Assembly: GCA_039683575.1 (NCBI GenBank)
Contig: JBDKRC010000252.1
Span: 1 to 20,431 of the forward strand
DNA from: Armatimonadia bacterium
Lineage (GTDB): Bacteria; Armatimonadota; Zipacnadia; Zipacnadales; UBA11051
Direction: 5' to 3'
Length of the DNA: 20,431 nucleotides
The notes under the pieces are model-generated. The model saw only the letters and a program-made list of their open reading frames with translations, was not told where the DNA came from and made no database searches. Below are positions 7,252 to 15,323 of this stretch, piece by piece. The position numbers were made by a program, and so were the translations under genes. The stretch's first letter is position 1, and the number at the start of each line of letters is the position of its first letter.

Positions 7252-8364
7252 CTACATGATCTGCATCGGCATCAAAACATACAGGTACGTATCGTCGCCC
7301 ACCGGCTTGAGCGCGCCGCTGTTGAGCGGGCCGGAAAGCTCCATAGCGATCTCCGTGCCGCCCACGGCGTCGAGCATGTCGAGCACGAAACGGGCGTTGA
7401 AGGCGATCTCGGCGTCCTCGCCCTCAAGCTGCATCGGAATCGCTTCCTCGACATTGCCGACGTCCTGGCTGCTGGCAGTGATCTTCAGCGAACCGTCTTC
7501 GGTCTTCAGGACCACGCGGTTGGCGTCTTCGCGGGCCACGATCAGCGCGCGATGCAGAGCTGATGACAGCTCCTTGATGTTGCAGATGACCTTGCGCTCG
7601 TGGGACGACGGAACGACCTTGCCATAGTTGACAAACTGGCCCTCGATCAAGCGCGAGGAAAGCGTCACATGCCCAACCTTGAACTCGATCTGGCTGTCCG
7701 ACATCCGAACCTGCACAGGTTCGCTTGAGCCGGCCTCGATGATTCGCATCAACTCAGACAGCGCCCGCCGCGAGACAATCGCCGAGCGCGAGTCCGCGAA
7801 CTCGCCCTCCAGCGGCAGACTGTGCAGCGCCAGCCGGTAGGTGTCAGTCGCGACAACCTCAAGCGTGTTGTCGGTGATCTTGAACAGACCACCGGTCAGG
7901 ATCGGCCGCGTCTCGTCACGGGAGGTGGCGAAGACCGTCCGCTGTAGGACCTGCGCCAGCTTGTCCTGGGGGATCTCGAACTCGAGCGGATTGTTGAGCT
8001 CGGGCAGCGTGGAGAAGTCTGCCGCGGACAGGCCACGGATGTCATACTTCGAACGCCCGCACATGATGTTGAGCCCATGGCTCTCGTTGCTCGTGAGCTT
8101 CACATCATCGTTCGGCAGGGCATTCATCACGTCGGCGATCAGACGCGCCGGGACCGTCGTCGCACCCTCTTCGACGACGTCCGCATCCAGCACGGCCTCC
8201 AGGCTCAGGTACTCCAGGTCAGTGGCCAAAAGCCGCAACTGGCTGCCCCGCGCCTCGAGGTAGATATTATTCTGCACCGGCTGAGTGCTTCGGCCCGACA
8301 CGCCACGTGAAACGATGCCGACGCTCTCCAGCAGTGCCTGCTGAGGACAAGCAACCTTAAGCAT
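7252..8364 (-). CDS. dnaN: DNA polymerase III beta sliding clamp
   Basis: LLATDLE, TRPILTG, VATDTYRLA, SRLIEGQFVNY, IAFNARFVLD, YVLMPM. 370 aa. SD GGGAGG. Confidence 0.98.
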   Translation of the reverse strand: MLKVACPQQALLESVGIVSRGVSGRSTQPVQNNIYLEARGSQLRLLATDLEYLSLEAVLDADVVEEGATTVPARLIADVMNALPNDDVKLTSNESHGLNIMCGRSKYDIRGLSAADFSTLPELNNPLEFEIPQDKLAQVLQRTVFATSRDETRPILTGGLFKITDNTLEVVATDTYRLALHSLPLEGEFADSRSAIVSRRALSELMRIIEAGSSEPVQVRMSDSQIEFKVGHVTLSSRLIEGQFVNYGKVVPSSHERKVICNIKELSSALHRALIVAREDANRVVLKTEDGSLKITASSQDVGNVEEAIPMQLEGEDAEIAFNARFVLDMLDAVGGTEIAMELSGPLNSGALKPVGDDTYLYVLMPMQIM

Positions 8365-8415
8365 AGCGCTGTGCTACCTCCCTGTATACGGCACAAACGA
8401 AGACTTCAAAACCGA

Positions 8416-8445
8416 ATTGTACAAGGCCTTTGCCCCGGCTGTCCA
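8416..8445 (-). promoter_or_regulatory. possible dnaN promoter
   Basis: Minus strand TGGACA (8445-8440) N18 TACAAT (8421-8416). Confidence 0.45.
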
Positions 8446-8677
8446 GTATAGTTTTGTACAGGTTCTGATGATATTAGCTTGTATAAGCATGATTAGTAGT
8501 AATAGTAGTAGTGTGGTGGAAAGTGTTAGGAAGGCCCTTGATCCCATGAGTCTGTCGCTCTGCTGTTGTGGAGGACTCTCAAGACAACTGAGTCGACTTT
8601 TGCACATCCTCCACAGCTCTCAAGACTCCTAACAATCTACCCACCGTTCTCCCCAATCCGCCTCAACTGTTTCAACA
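8446..8677. other. oriC-like region (AT-rich segment, DnaA-trios, degenerate DnaA boxes)
   Basis: AT-rich 8446-8511. Box-like 9-mers GGTGGAAAG 8515, TGTTAGGAA 8524, TGTGGAGGA 8567, TTTTGCACA 8598, TCCTCCACA 8607, CTCCTAACA 8626 and GTTTCAACA 8669. Located between dnaA and dnaN. Confidence 0.8.
8494..8511 (+). repeat. six DnaA-trios
   Basis: TAG TAG TAA TAG TAG TAG directly next to tandem box-like motifs, as in the B. subtilis unwinding site. Confidence 0.8.
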
Positions 8678-8723
8678 GGCCCTTTCAGAGGGCAAAGTGC
8701 CCGGCAATAACGCCGGGCAGATG

Positions 8724-8747
8724 GTAGGAGCGCTCCCCCGAGCGCGA
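8724..8747 (+). repeat. single GTAG REP palindrome
   Basis: GTAG-GA-GCGCTC-CCCC-GAGCGC-GA. Confidence 0.65.
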
Positions 8748-8773
8748 CCGCAACGCCAATACGCGTTGGCGTA

Positions 8774-10141
8774 TTAGTGATCCCTCAGCGCCGCCTTCAA
8801 ATCGTTCATCAACCACAATATCTTCTCGTCCTCGCTCACCATCTCGCTCAGCTTGTTGTAGCCATAGAGGATGGTCGAGTGATCGCGTCCGCCGAAGAAG
8901 TTGCCAATGTCGGACAGCGAGTGGTCAGTCAGCTCGCGGGACAGATACACGGCCACCTGGCGCGCCCAGGCGATATCCTTGCTGCGCTTGGGGCCGATGA
9001 GGTCATTCACGGGCACGGAGAAGCGTTCGCTGACATACTTGACGATCTCGTTGAGGCTCACGCGCCGGTCAGCGCCGTTGGTCGAATAGTCGGCCACGAT
9101 CTCCTCGACCATCGAGATGGTCAACTCGCCGGTGTGCAGCGAGGAATAGGCGCAGAGCTTCAGCAGCGCCCCCTCCAGCACCCTGATGTTGGACTCAATC
9201 TTCTTGGCGAGGTACTCCAGGATATCGCGCTGGATGTAGACCTGCTCGGCCTCGGCCTTCTTCTCGAGGATCGCCACCCGCGTCTCGACGTCCGGGCAGC
9301 GCAGGTCGGCGAGGATACCCATCTCCAGCCGGCTGCGGAGCCGGTCATTCATGATCTGCAACTGGCGCGGCGGCGCGTCGGAAGCGATCACGACCTGCTT
9401 ATCGTTGATACACAGCGTGTTGAAAGTGTGGAAAAACTCTTCCTCGGACGCCGGGCCTTCAATCGCCGCGATGAACTGGATGTCGTCCACCAGCCACACA
9501 TCCACATAGCGGTAGCGCCGGCGAAATTCGGCCGTACGGTTGTCTCTGATGGCCGAGATGAGCTGATTCACGAAATTCTCAGCCGAGACGTAGACCACTT
9601 GCATGTTGCGGTGCTGGCGGCGGATCTCATGGCCGATAGCCTGCATCAGATGGGTCTTGCCGAGGCCGGCCTTGCTGTGGATAAACAGTGGATTATAGCT
9701 GCGCCCGGGGTTGCGGCAGACCTGTTGGGCCGCCGCGTGAGCGAAGCGATTGCAGTCTGCAACCACGAAGTTGTCGAAGGTGTAGCGGTCGTTGAGTGGG
9801 GTGGTCTCGAAAGTCTCCTGCAGCGGCACCGCAAAGGTGGGAGTCGCCGCGGGGCGCTCCAGGGAGTCCAGCGGGGGCTTGGTCTCGAGCACCTGCAGTT
9901 GCAGCTCCACCGGAGCCTGCGCCACTTCCTCGATGCAGGCGGCGATCAACGGCCGGTGACGCTCTTCAAGCATCCGTCGTACGAAATCATTGGGGACCGA
10001 GAGGGTGAAGCAGGCGCCGTCATAATCGAGGGCTCGCGCCCCCCGGAGTACGGCATCAAAAGTCGCCTGGCCGACGCGCTCTTTCAGCAGGGGAAGTACA
10101 TCAGACCACAGTTGTTCGCCAGTGAGCGCCATTTCAGACAT
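8774..10141 (-). CDS. dnaA: Chromosomal replication initiator DnaA
   Basis: YTFDNFVV, YNPLFI..GLGKTHLMQAIG, VDDIQF, EEFFHTFN, RLRSRL, SNIRVLEGAL, GGRDHSTI. Confidence 0.99.
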   Translation of the reverse strand: MSEMALTGEQLWSDVLPLLKERVGQATFDAVLRGARALDYDGACFTLSVPNDFVRRMLEERHRPLIAACIEEVAQAPVELQLQVLETKPPLDSLERPAATPTFAVPLQETFETTPLNDRYTFDNFVVADCNRFAHAAAQQVCRNPGRSYNPLFIHSKAGLGKTHLMQAIGHEIRRQHRNMQVVYVSAENFVNQLISAIRDNRTAEFRRRYRYVDVWLVDDIQFIAAIEGPASEEEFFHTFNTLCINDKQVVIASDAPPRQLQIMNDRLRSRLEMGILADLRCPDVETRVAILEKKAEAEQVYIQRDILEYLAKKIESNIRVLEGALLKLCAYSSLHTGELTISMVEEIVADYSTNGADRRVSLNEIVKYVSERFSVPVNDLIGPKRSKDIAWARQVAVYLSRELTDHSLSDIGNFFGGRDHSTILYGYNKLSEMVSEDEKILWLMNDLKAALRDH

Positions 10142-10429
10142 TCCGAGCCCCTTTCGGTCAGTGCAGCCACGTCCAGGCAGGCGTGCTGCAACATGTAAAG
10201 CTCAGGCTGAAACGTGAGGCTCGTTGGCGGAATGCTGAGGAGTTTCGGCGGCAAAGCCGCCCCACCACATGCGATGACAAGCGTCAGCGCGCACACAAAG
10301 GGACCACGAAACTGCGTATTACGGTTGCGCCCGAACCCGAGGGTAACGTCTCTCACAGCCTGTCCGCAGCCTCTGCCCAGTCTGCGGATCTACGCGTCTA
10401 CGACGGCGACAAAATGTGTCAGTCAACGG

Positions 10430-10704
10430 TCTCCCACAAGACCTTTGAACAAACCTTGAACTTTGTCAACAAAACAGTCTCTGACGGGCGGTGGTGTGGA
10501 GAAGTCTGCGGTGTAGAGCTGTGTCAGTGGATGCCGTGAGGCCCTGGGACTGTTAGGCTGCCGAGTTTTCAACAGGGTTTTTAACACCTGTGGAAAAATT
10601 GTTACGCCTCTTCTCGGCAAGCGTCAGTATAGCGGAACCATAGGGCTAGGTCAAAGGGTTTTTCCACGGTGATTTGCGGCTTTTCTACCATCATGTGTGG
10701 ACAA
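10430..10704. promoter_or_regulatory. DnaA-box cluster upstream of dnaA
   Basis: TCTCCCACA 10430, TTGTCAACA 10463, TGTGGAGAA 10495, TTTTCAACA 10566, TTTTTAACA 10578, TGTGGAAAA 10589, TTTTCCACG 10660 and TGTGGACAA 10696. Confidence 0.8.
10626..10654 (-). promoter_or_regulatory. sigma70-type dnaA promoter
   Basis: Minus strand TTGACC (10654-10649) N17 TATACT (10631-10626), flanked by DnaA boxes. Confidence 0.75.
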
Positions 10705-10928
10705 ATCGACCCCATCTTCCAGACCCTTGTTCTGGCCGTTCCTTCTCCATGCGACAATGCCTCACCTCTTGCCCTGCAAGAGTTTTTGCGGCCCCTTTTG
10801 GCGTACTGGTCACTCCCCCCGCGTGTTTCAGGCCCCAAAACTCCCCAGCAAGGCCCCAAGGATTTCAGCCCGGTCTGGGGGAACCTACCGCCGCGATTAC
10901 TCTCCCTTCGTTCGGAGGCCTGTTGAAA

Positions 10929-11780
10929 ATGTTCTTGAAAGTGTTAGGAAGTGCCGCCGCTGAGGGTTGGCCGGCTACTTTTTGCGACTGCGAGGCTTGC
11001 CGTGAGGCCCGGCGGCGTGGTGGCAAGAACATCCGCCGCCGCACCACCTACCAAATCGGCGACACCGTGCACGTGGACTGGGGCCCGGACTCGTACAACA
11101 GCATGATCTCCTTCGGCCTCGACTACTCCCCGCTCCGGCATCTCTTCATCACTCACGCGCACCAGGACCACTGGTGCCCGGAGGAACTCGCCTGGCGCCG
11201 CCGGGGCTTCTCTCAAATCCCCGAGGGCTCGCACCTGGCCGTCTACGGCAACAGCCACGTCGCAGAGGGGCTACTGAAGGAGAATCCGGACCTCGAAGCA
11301 ATCGCCGCCGAGTTCCGCGCGGTCAAGCCCTACGAGCCGATCGAGCTTGGCCCGGACTTCACCGCCTATGGCTTCACTGCCAGCCACGCCTCCGAAGATG
11401 AGCTCGCGCTGAACTACCTCTTCATGTACCAGGGGCGCGGTCTTGTGATCGGCAACGATACCGGCTGGTGGATCCCCGAGTCGTGGGACTTCCTGCAAGG
11501 CTTCTCGCTGAGCCTGGTCGTGATGGATTGCACCTCCGGGCCACTCGGCACCGGGCCGCGCGACCAAAGCACCTCCTGGGTCGGCACCCATCACCTCAAC
11601 TGCGAATGGGTGGTCGAGGTCCGCGATGAGCTGGCTCGCCGCGGCGCCCTCACCGCCGACCACACCTTCATCGCCAACCACTTCTCCCACAACGGCGGCT
11701 GGCTGCACGAACAGCTAGAAGACTTCTTCACGCCACACAACATCCTCGTCGGCTATGATGGGTTGGAGATTGACCTCTGA
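10929..11780 (+). CDS. PhnP-like metallo-beta-lactamase-fold phosphodiesterase
   Basis: Start ATG 10929 after GGAGG. LGSAAAEGWP..FCDCEAC, THAHQDH, DTG, NHFSH and final YDGLEI. Confidence 0.85.
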   Translation: MFLKVLGSAAAEGWPATFCDCEACREARRRGGKNIRRRTTYQIGDTVHVDWGPDSYNSMISFGLDYSPLRHLFITHAHQDHWCPEELAWRRRGFSQIPEGSHLAVYGNSHVAEGLLKENPDLEAIAAEFRAVKPYEPIELGPDFTAYGFTASHASEDELALNYLFMYQGRGLVIGNDTGWWIPESWDFLQGFSLSLVVMDCTSGPLGTGPRDQSTSWVGTHHLNCEWVVEVRDELARRGALTADHTFIANHFSHNGGWLHEQLEDFFTPHNILVGYDGLEIDL

Positions 11781-11791
11781 GCGCAATTACT

Positions 11792-11815
11792 GTGGGAGGG
11801 CTCTCCAGAGCCCAA
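11792..11815 (+). repeat. single GTGG REP palindrome
   Basis: GTGG-GA-GGGCTCT-CC-AGAGCCC, 12 nt after a stop codon. Same layout as the 8724 element. Confidence 0.6.
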
Positions 11816-11828
11816 CCATCCCCCCTGC

Positions 11829-11860
11829 CGCGTAGGTGGGTTCGTCCCGAACCCGCACCC
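11829..11860 (+). repeat. single GTAG REP palindrome
   Basis: CGC-GTAG-GTGGGTTCG-TCC-CGAACCCGC-ACCC, with a second copy at 1310-1341. Confidence 0.85.
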
Positions 11861-11864
11861 GCAC

Positions 11865-11904
11865 AAAACAAAACGGCCTCCCCACCCGGGGAGGCCGATT
11901 TGTT
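11865..11904. terminator. bidirectional intrinsic terminator
   Basis: AAAACAAAA-CGGCCTCCCC-ACCC-GGGGAGGCCG-ATTTGTT between convergent genes. Confidence 0.8.
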
Positions 11905-11921
11905 CTCTGATCTGTGGTTAC

Positions 11922-12941
11922 CTACGCCTCGCACTCCGCCTCTTGCTCTGCCGCACCCTCCAGCCGCACTGCCTTGCCCGTCGAGGCTGACTGCTTCGCC
12001 GCATTCATTACGCGCAGCGTCTTGACCATGTCCCCAATCCCCGCCACCGGCTGCCGGCCCGTCTCAAACCGCTCCAGCAGGTCCTTGGTGTACGCGTCAT
12101 AGACCTCATTGAAGTCGTTGCCCACCACCTGCTCGGACCTTCCGTCGCGCCACTGCACCTGCATGTCACCCATCGCCGGCCCGCCGCAATGCAGCTTCTG
12201 CGTGTCCACCGAGAAGTACCGCTCGTAGCCCTCCGGCATGGTGTAGCTGACGTCGCCGATTCCAATCTCGCCGTTGGACCCGATCATCGTGATGCTGGCC
12301 AGGTCCTCGATCTCTTCGCCATGCAGTCCATGCGTCCACCGCGCCTGCACCTGTTCCACACGGTCCACGCACAGGTAAAGAAACAGGTCGATGACATGGG
12401 GCCCGAAGTTAAACAGCGGCCCCGCCCCGGCCTGCGCCGGGTCCAGCATCCATTCCACGCCCCACTCCCTGTATCGCGTCGGCTCTCCGGCGAACAGGCG
12501 GTAGTAGTAGTGGTTCACCCGCCCGATCTCCGCCTGGTGCTCCTTGAGCCACTGCACGATGGCATAGTACCGCGACACCAGCGCCACGCCCGCAAAAACT
12601 CGCTCAGTCTTCGCCGCCGCCGCCACAGGCTCCAGCTTCCGCCAGTCCACGCCCATGGGCTTCTCCATGTGGAAGGGCAGATGCCGGTGCACGAGCCAGG
12701 CGGCGAGGTCGGTCATCTGCGCATGCGGCGCATGAGCGAAGACAAAATCAGGCTTCTGCTCGGCGATGAGTTGCTCATAATCGGTATACCGCGGGCAGTC
12801 CCCGACCTTATCGGCGATCAAATCCACCTTCTCCTGCGAAACATCGCCCACGGCGACAATATCATTCCCAAGTTTGCGAATGGCATCCACATACATCAAG
12901 CGCACATGCCAATGGCTGGCGCCCAGAATTGCGATCCTCAT
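11922..12941 (-). CDS. Gfo/Idh/MocA family oxidoreductase
   Basis: MRIAILGA, YTDYEQLIAEQKPDFV, MEKPM, AGAGPLFNFGPHVIDL and IEDLA. SD GGAGG. Confidence 0.9.
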   Translation of the reverse strand: MRIAILGASHWHVRLMYVDAIRKLGNDIVAVGDVSQEKVDLIADKVGDCPRYTDYEQLIAEQKPDFVFAHAPHAQMTDLAAWLVHRHLPFHMEKPMGVDWRKLEPVAAAAKTERVFAGVALVSRYYAIVQWLKEHQAEIGRVNHYYYRLFAGEPTRYREWGVEWMLDPAQAGAGPLFNFGPHVIDLFLYLCVDRVEQVQARWTHGLHGEEIEDLASITMIGSNGEIGIGDVSYTMPEGYERYFSVDTQKLHCGGPAMGDMQVQWRDGRSEQVVGNDFNEVYDAYTKDLLERFETGRQPVAGIGDMVKTLRVMNAAKQSASTGKAVRLEGAAEQEAECEA

Positions 12942-13121
12942 GGCTAAGCCTCCTCAAAAACTGCCCTCTCAGTTCGCGCTTCCAATCCGCCTCTCCTGCC
13001 TGCCCTGCCCGCGCCTCATGGTTGATGGGAAGAAAATCCCCTTTGATGATATTGTGAGCATAGCGAAGGTATTCGTACTGTCTTGGCGAACATTACTCCA
13101 CTCTTGAAGGGGGAACCCCCA

Positions 13122-14204
13122 ATGACTTGTCACCGGATCAGTCTCGTCTCACTATTGCTGCTGGCCCTGCTGGCCGGCCTTGCCTATGCCGCTGGAACTC
13201 GCACTCTCAGCGGTGAGGGCCAGGCACTGACGCAGGACGCTGCTGTACATGCCGCCGTCGTAGCCGCTCTGAAAGAGGGGGCTCGGGAAATCTCCGGCCG
13301 TGTCCACAAGGTGGACGAGGTAGAGCAGTGGCTGCAGCAGGCGGATGACTTCATCCTCGGCCAGCGTGTCGGAAGCTGCAAGAAGCGTGGCGCCATGTTC
13401 ACCGCCCTGGTGGACGTGGATGTTGACCCCGACGAATTCCGTGGCATCATCCTCGCCACCAAAACCACCGACACTACTGGCGGCAAGTCCCTCGTGATGG
13501 TGATGATCGATGAGCAGATCATCCGCCTCCCCGCGCCGGATCCCGCCGCTGAGACGGCCGTCAAGCAGGCCTTCCTCGTGGATGGCTATGAGGTGCAGAG
13601 CAAGCAGATCACGGATACCAACAGAGAGCGGGAGATTATCCGCAGCTTCGAGCGTGGCGATGAGGCCGCGGCCAGAGCGCTGCGCGACGAGTACGCCTGC
13701 GACATGATCGTCTACGGCGAAGCTTTCGCCGAAGAGGTCCGCGGCGGCGGTCAGTTCGCCCCCTTCCGCTTCACCGGCACTTGCGAGATACACGTCGTGA
13801 TGGCTGACACTGGCCGAGAGTTAGCCACGGCGACCGGTACCGGCGTCGCTGAAGGCGAGACCGCCATACAGGCTGGCAAAGTCGCACTCAAGAATGCCGG
13901 CGCCAAGGCCGCCGCCACTGCCCTGGCCATGCTCCGTCGCGGCACTCCGGTCCAGGTCGTCCTCAACAAGGTCGCCTACTTCGGCACCGCCACCAGCATC
14001 ACTGACGAACTCAAGCGCCTGGTCGGCCCGGACTCCGTCAAGCGACCGCGCCTTGACCTGCAGAACCAGACCGTCACTTGGGACATTACCTGCAAGGACG
14101 TCACCGCCTACGATATCGCCGCGGCCCTCGAGCAGTTGCCTCGTCCTCGTATCCAGATACTCGAGGTGACGGGCCAAAAGATTGTCGCGCAAGTGACCGG
14201 CTAA
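13122..14204 (+). CDS. Exported protein with FlgT-N-like and CsgG/TolB-N-like alpha/beta domains
   Basis: Start ATG 13122 gives a signal peptide. GEGQA..DAAVHAAVVAALKEG resembles FlgT-N. Middle region has AAETAVKQAFLVDGYEV...CDMIVYGEA...IHVVMADTGRELAT. Confidence 0.55.
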   Translation: MTCHRISLVSLLLLALLAGLAYAAGTRTLSGEGQALTQDAAVHAAVVAALKEGAREISGRVHKVDEVEQWLQQADDFILGQRVGSCKKRGAMFTALVDVDVDPDEFRGIILATKTTDTTGGKSLVMVMIDEQIIRLPAPDPAAETAVKQAFLVDGYEVQSKQITDTNREREIIRSFERGDEAAARALRDEYACDMIVYGEAFAEEVRGGGQFAPFRFTGTCEIHVVMADTGRELATATGTGVAEGETAIQAGKVALKNAGAKAAATALAMLRRGTPVQVVLNKVAYFGTATSITDELKRLVGPDSVKRPRLDLQNQTVTWDITCKDVTAYDIAAALEQLPRPRIQILEVTGQKIVAQVTG

Positions 14205-14255
14205 GCAGACGCAGCATCACACTAGACCGCACAGAAATCGGAGAGGACGTTTCGT

Positions 14256-15116
14256 ATGAAGATCATGCCTGTAGTCGCGCTGGCCACACTGCTCCTGATG
14301 GCTCCGTTGTTCGCCCAGGAAAACACGAAGAGCAGCGTAGCCATCGCCATCATCGCCGAGCCGCACCTCGTCTTGAGTCGCCCCAAGGACTCTACTGTTG
14401 AGTGCCCCACCATCAGCCAGGTCGTAAACAACTTCTCCGACAACATCGCTCGCGCTTTCCTCGATAGTGGCGACTACGTGTTGATAGAACGCGATCAACA
14501 GGAGCGCCTCAACCAGGAAATCAGGCTTCGGGCCAGCAAGGGAGAGGCGCTGGAAGATGTGGTAAAGGATGTGTGCGCCAAGTACCGCGTGGATTACTAC
14601 TTCAACATCAGCGAACTGACAATTGACGGCGAGTATACCTCCTTCTTCTTTGACGAGAAGACCAGAGGAGAAGGCACCGCGCGCGCCTCCTGGATCCACG
14701 TCGCCAGTGGCGCCACCCGCAAGAAAGTCGAAGCCCACGCGGAATTCAAGAGGGATGGAAAGCCGGGCCCGTGGTTTGACGAGATGGGCCAGAAACTCGC
14801 CCGCGGACTGAGCGACCAGATCCTGCCCCCCCGGTACATCCTGCTGGTTAAGATAGACCAGCTCAAGCAGCTCATCTACGTAGATCGCGGTCTCGACTAC
14901 GGCCTGCACAAGGGCCTGAAACTCTACATCCGAGAGCCCCGCGATGAAATGGGACTACCCGGCGAGAAGATCTGTGATGCTATCGTTACCGATCGTATCA
15001 CCAACGACGCGGCAATTTGCCAGTTGAGCGGCGACAAGAAGAAGCTGGTCGACGTCATGGCGAAACTTGAGCGTTTCCTAGCCGACAATACCCCGCCCGA
15101 ATGCACTGCCGACTGA
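14256..15116 (+). CDS. Exported CsgG/HfaB-like protein with FlgT-C-like domain
   Basis: Signal peptide. YVLIERDQQERLNQE and IHVASG are CsgG-like. IYVDRGLDYGLHKGLKLYI is FlgT-C-like. SD GAGG. Confidence 0.6.
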   Translation: MKIMPVVALATLLLMAPLFAQENTKSSVAIAIIAEPHLVLSRPKDSTVECPTISQVVNNFSDNIARAFLDSGDYVLIERDQQERLNQEIRLRASKGEALEDVVKDVCAKYRVDYYFNISELTIDGEYTSFFFDEKTRGEGTARASWIHVASGATRKKVEAHAEFKRDGKPGPWFDEMGQKLARGLSDQILPPRYILLVKIDQLKQLIYVDRGLDYGLHKGLKLYIREPRDEMGLPGEKICDAIVTDRITNDAAICQLSGDKKKLVDVMAKLERFLADNTPPECTAD

Positions 15117-15135
15117 ACTTCCTCCGCCAATCAAA

Positions 15136-15167
15136 AAAAGGGCGCGGCCACAACGCCGCGCCCTTTT
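15136..15167. terminator. intrinsic terminator
   Basis: AAAA-GGGCGCGGC-CACAAC-GCCGCGCCC-TTTT, 20 nt after the stop. Confidence 0.85.
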
Positions 15168-15323
15168 CCTTCCTCTGTCCAGGGCATTCAGGTGCAATGC
15201 CAATGGCTGGCGCCGACATATGTGACTGATGAACTTATCGGGAAGAAGACATCGCCAACGGGCATATATCACTCCGTGAATGAATTCAGCATTCTGCAAC
15301 AATTTCGGTCAAGGGAGACGAAA

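Noticed and set aside
8777-10198. 473-aa + strand ORF
   Set aside because: Antisense shadow of dnaA, expected from GC-rich codon bias. No recognisable motifs.
10084-10926. Small ORFs upstream of dnaA, including a possible rpmH
   Set aside because: None resembles L34 (MKRT.QP). They overlap the promoter and boxes, and I saw no convincing SD.
10674-10928. 85-aa N-terminal extension of the PhnP-like ORF
   Set aside because: TTG start inside the DnaA-box region. Family similarity and the SD begin at ATG 10929.
12501-12511. GTAGTAGTAGT resembling DnaA-trios (also at about 3927-3935)
   Set aside because: These are antisense Tyr-Tyr-Tyr codons within genes, with no adjacent DnaA boxes.
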